Source: Gemmatimonadales bacterium
GTDB taxonomy: Bacteria > Gemmatimonadota > Gemmatimonadetes > Gemmatimonadales > GWC2-71-9
Assembly: GCA_035712285.1 (NCBI GenBank)
Contig: DASTBA010000104.1
Span: 1-55,355 of the forward strand
Length of the DNA: 55,355 nucleotides
Reading direction: 5' to 3'
The position numbers and the translations under genes are program-made. Below are positions 53,651 to 55,355 of the stretch, piece after piece (the stretch's first letter is position 1; each line of letters begins with the position of its first letter). The notes under the pieces are model-generated. The model had not been told where the DNA came from and ran no database searches. It saw nothing but the letters and a program-made list of their open reading frames with translations.

Positions 53651-54570
53651 GTCGTGTGACGGGGCCGTGACAGCGCTTCGCGCAAGGCATCCCCGAACGG
53701 GCGACTGGTGAGTATCCGGTGGTATCCGATTCCGTGGCGATGGCAGGCCACCTGCCAGTCCCGGATCACCCCGTCCACGGTGGTCCGGTAGGCCTCGGCC
53801 CAGTCCTGCGGGCGAAGCACCACCGACTCGCGGGACTCGGGGTCCTCGAACCGCGCCTCCGCCGGACCGGCGAGATCGAGCTCCCCCGGATCCATGACAT
53901 GAAGCACGATCACCTGATGCCCGCGGTGGCGCAGGAAACGCAGGGCGGTGAGGGCGAGCTCGCGCTCCAGCAGCAGATCGGAAACGAAGACCACGAGGCC
54001 GCGCCGGCGGAGATGATCCATGACCCGCCGGAGCGCCGGCTGGGCGGCCGTGCCTTCTCCCGGCCCGATCGCACCCAGCGCCTCGGCCAGCGTATACCAG
54101 TGGGAAGCCCGCGCCCGCGCCGGCACCACCTGGCGCACGGCGTCGTCGAACGCCACGAGCCCGGCGGCATCACGCTGGCGGATCAGGAGCAGCGCGAGCG
54201 CTGCCACCAGCCGGCGGGCATAATCCAGCTTGGTGAGCAAGGTGCCGGGCGCACCGGTCCAGGCCATGGACCGTGACGTATCGAGCACGATCATGGCCCG
54301 GAGGTTGGTCTCCTCTTCGTACTGCTTGACGTAGAGACGGTCATTCCGGGCCAGGATCTTCCAGTCCACGTGGCGGAGTTCATCGCCGGGCTGGTACATG
54401 CGATGCTCGGCGAACTCCACCGAGAAGCCCCGCCGGGAAGAACGGTGCAAGCCGGAGAGAAACCCCTCGACCACGCCACGCGTGGTCACCTCGATGCCGC
54501 CCAGCCGGGCGACGTCGGTCGGGTCGAGCAGGTCGAGCCGGCGGGTGGAAGCAGGTGCGGGATTCGCCAT
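53647..54570 (-). CDS. DUF58 domain protein (MoxR-associated VWA-like)
   Basis: GLHRSSRRGFSVEFAEHRMYQPGDELRHVDWK, LYVKQYEEETN, LDTSRSM, VFVSD. Confidence 0.93.
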   Translation of the reverse strand: MANPAPASTRRLDLLDPTDVARLGGIEVTTRGVVEGFLSGLHRSSRRGFSVEFAEHRMYQPGDELRHVDWKILARNDRLYVKQYEEETNLRAMIVLDTSRSMAWTGAPGTLLTKLDYARRLVAALALLLIRQRDAAGLVAFDDAVRQVVPARARASHWYTLAEALGAIGPGEGTAAQPALRRVMDHLRRRGLVVFVSDLLLERELALTALRFLRHRGHQVIVLHVMDPGELDLAGPAEARFEDPESRESVVLRPQDWAEAYRTTVDGVIRDWQVACHRHGIGYHRILTSRPFGDALREALSRPRHTT

Positions 54571-54580
54571 GAGGGGCCGC

Positions 54581-54610
54581 AACGTATGGGCGGTGGCTTC
54601 GCGAAGTCAA
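54581..54610 (-). promoter_or_regulatory. sigma70-type promoter of the DUF58-mfd-surA-pdxA operon
   Basis: TTGACT-N18-TACGTT, 10 nt before ATG 54570. Confidence 0.6.
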
Positions 54611-54712
54611 CGCGGACGGCCGCGTCCGGGAGCGGGGACAGCGAGCGCGGAGACACTCGACCCCACGTCACCTAAGCGGCGCCGCAGCATCCGGTTCCGC
54701 AATTGGTGCATG

Positions 54713-54728
54713 CTGGCATGGCCTCTGC
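54713..54728 (+). promoter_or_regulatory. sigma54 (RpoN) -24/-12 promoter candidate
   Basis: CTGGCATGGCCTCTGC = GG-N10-GC, close to TGGCACG-N4-TTGC; 47 nt upstream of the small gene. Confidence 0.55.
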
Positions 54729-54775
54729 GGGGCTATATTGTGTTGCGCTACGACCCGCTCGACAGGGAGGTTTCA

Positions 54776-55048
54776 GTGGTTGGCCCGAGGGCGCTGCTGG
54801 TTGGCATCCTGCTCTGCACCGCGATTCCCGTTGCGCTCGAAGCCCAGCAGCCGGCCAAGCAGCCACAGCGCTCGCAGCCGGCCCAGCGGCCGGCGGAGCC
54901 GCCCCGGCGGGCCGAGCCGCGGGCTGAACCGCGCACCCAGGCGCCGGATGCCCGGCGCGAGGAACCTCGGCGGGCCGAGCCGGCCGAGCGGCCGGCACCG
55001 CGAAGCACGGGGGAGCCGGAGCTCAAGCGCCGCAAGCCGGAAGGCTGA
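54776..55048 (+). CDS. Small secreted Pro/Arg/Glu-rich low-complexity protein (90 aa)
   Basis: SD GGGAGG then GTG 54776; signal peptide ALLVGILLCTAIPVALEA-QQ; RAEP repeats; ends STGEPELKRRKPEG. Confidence 0.7.
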   Translation: MVGPRALLVGILLCTAIPVALEAQQPAKQPQRSQPAQRPAEPPRRAEPRAEPRTQAPDARREEPRRAEPAERPAPRSTGEPELKRRKPEG

Positions 55049-55355
55049 TCACCGGCCGAGTTCCTCCACCCTTTCCATCGCCCGGCGCAGGTGGGGGATC
55101 ACGATGCTCCCGCCGACCACGAGCCCGACGGCGAACACCTCCATGAATTCCTCCCGGGTGGCGCCGGCCTCGTGGCACTTGATGACGTGATAGGTGATGC
55201 AGTCGTCGCAGCGTAGCACCAGCGACGCCACCAGCCCCAGCATCTCCTTGGTCCTGGCCCCCAGCGCCCCGGCCTCGTAGCACTTGCCGTCCAGGGCGAA
55301 GAACCGGTTCACGGTGAGGTTCCCCTCGCCGAGGATCACGGCATTCATCTGCTCG
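55049..55355 (-). CDS. Carboxymuconolactone decarboxylase / AhpD-like protein, 5' end beyond the right edge
   Basis: GALGARTKEMLGLVASLVLRCDDCITYH (CxxC), GATREE, GGSIVIPH; frame open past 55355. Confidence 0.85.
   Translation of the reverse strand, partial: EQMNAVILGEGNLTVNRFFALDGKCYEAGALGARTKEMLGLVASLVLRCDDCITYHVIKCHEAGATREEFMEVFAVGLVVGGSIVIPHLRRAMERVEELGR

Noticed and set aside
54398-55035. Overlapping small ORFs 54398-55048 (long form), 54672-54998 and 54748-55035
   Set aside because: The long form overlaps DUF58 and its promoter; the minus-strand ones are antisense to the small secreted protein, which alone has an SD and a signal peptide.

Overview
High-GC (roughly 70% by eye), diderm bacterial chromosomal segment, most likely Gemmatimonadota (inference from Ig-repeat lipoproteins, a membrane Ser/Thr kinase with a TPR-like tail, a zf-HC2 anti-sigma factor and AxA-Q signal peptides). 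About 45 CDS and 6 tRNAs; no rRNA, CRISPR, integrase, transposase or phage genes were seen. Most long entries in the supplied ORF track are antisense shadows or N-terminally over-extended calls, and the track misses the first real gene (a minus-strand Ig-repeat lipoprotein running off the left edge). Main blocks: Ig lipoprotein/beta-barrel/SURF1; PafA-like phosphatase-YkgJ-dipeptidase; a His-Trp-Glu-Glu-Lys tRNA operon; a tyrosine/homogentisate operon (hppD-hmgA-acetoacetate-CoA ligase-DmpA); ECF sigma/anti-sigma converging on a coupled Ser/Thr kinase and a short BTAD-AAA regulator; OmpA; a complete 8-gene hydroxyproline catabolic operon with a Tat-type prolidase, an internal GntR and a perfect 12-bp operator palindrome; a stress/detox cluster (cfa, fused VOC dioxygenase-esterase, YncD/PqqU-like TonB receptor, dps, chrA, MBL hydrolase) ending at a solitary tRNA-Ile; a 58% acidic microprotein after typA; czcD/corC; a DUF58-BatA-mfd-PPIase-surA-pdxA operon; and a small secreted protein behind a sigma54-type promoter. 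Below gene scale there are four small repeat families (CGTC-type REP, GTAG-type REP, heptamer hairpins, 9-bp tandem arrays), several translated into signal peptides or C-termini, and several apparently leaderless genes. All family calls come from motif recognition by eye, with no database search. No clearly new system is proven; the best candidates are ranked in the findings.
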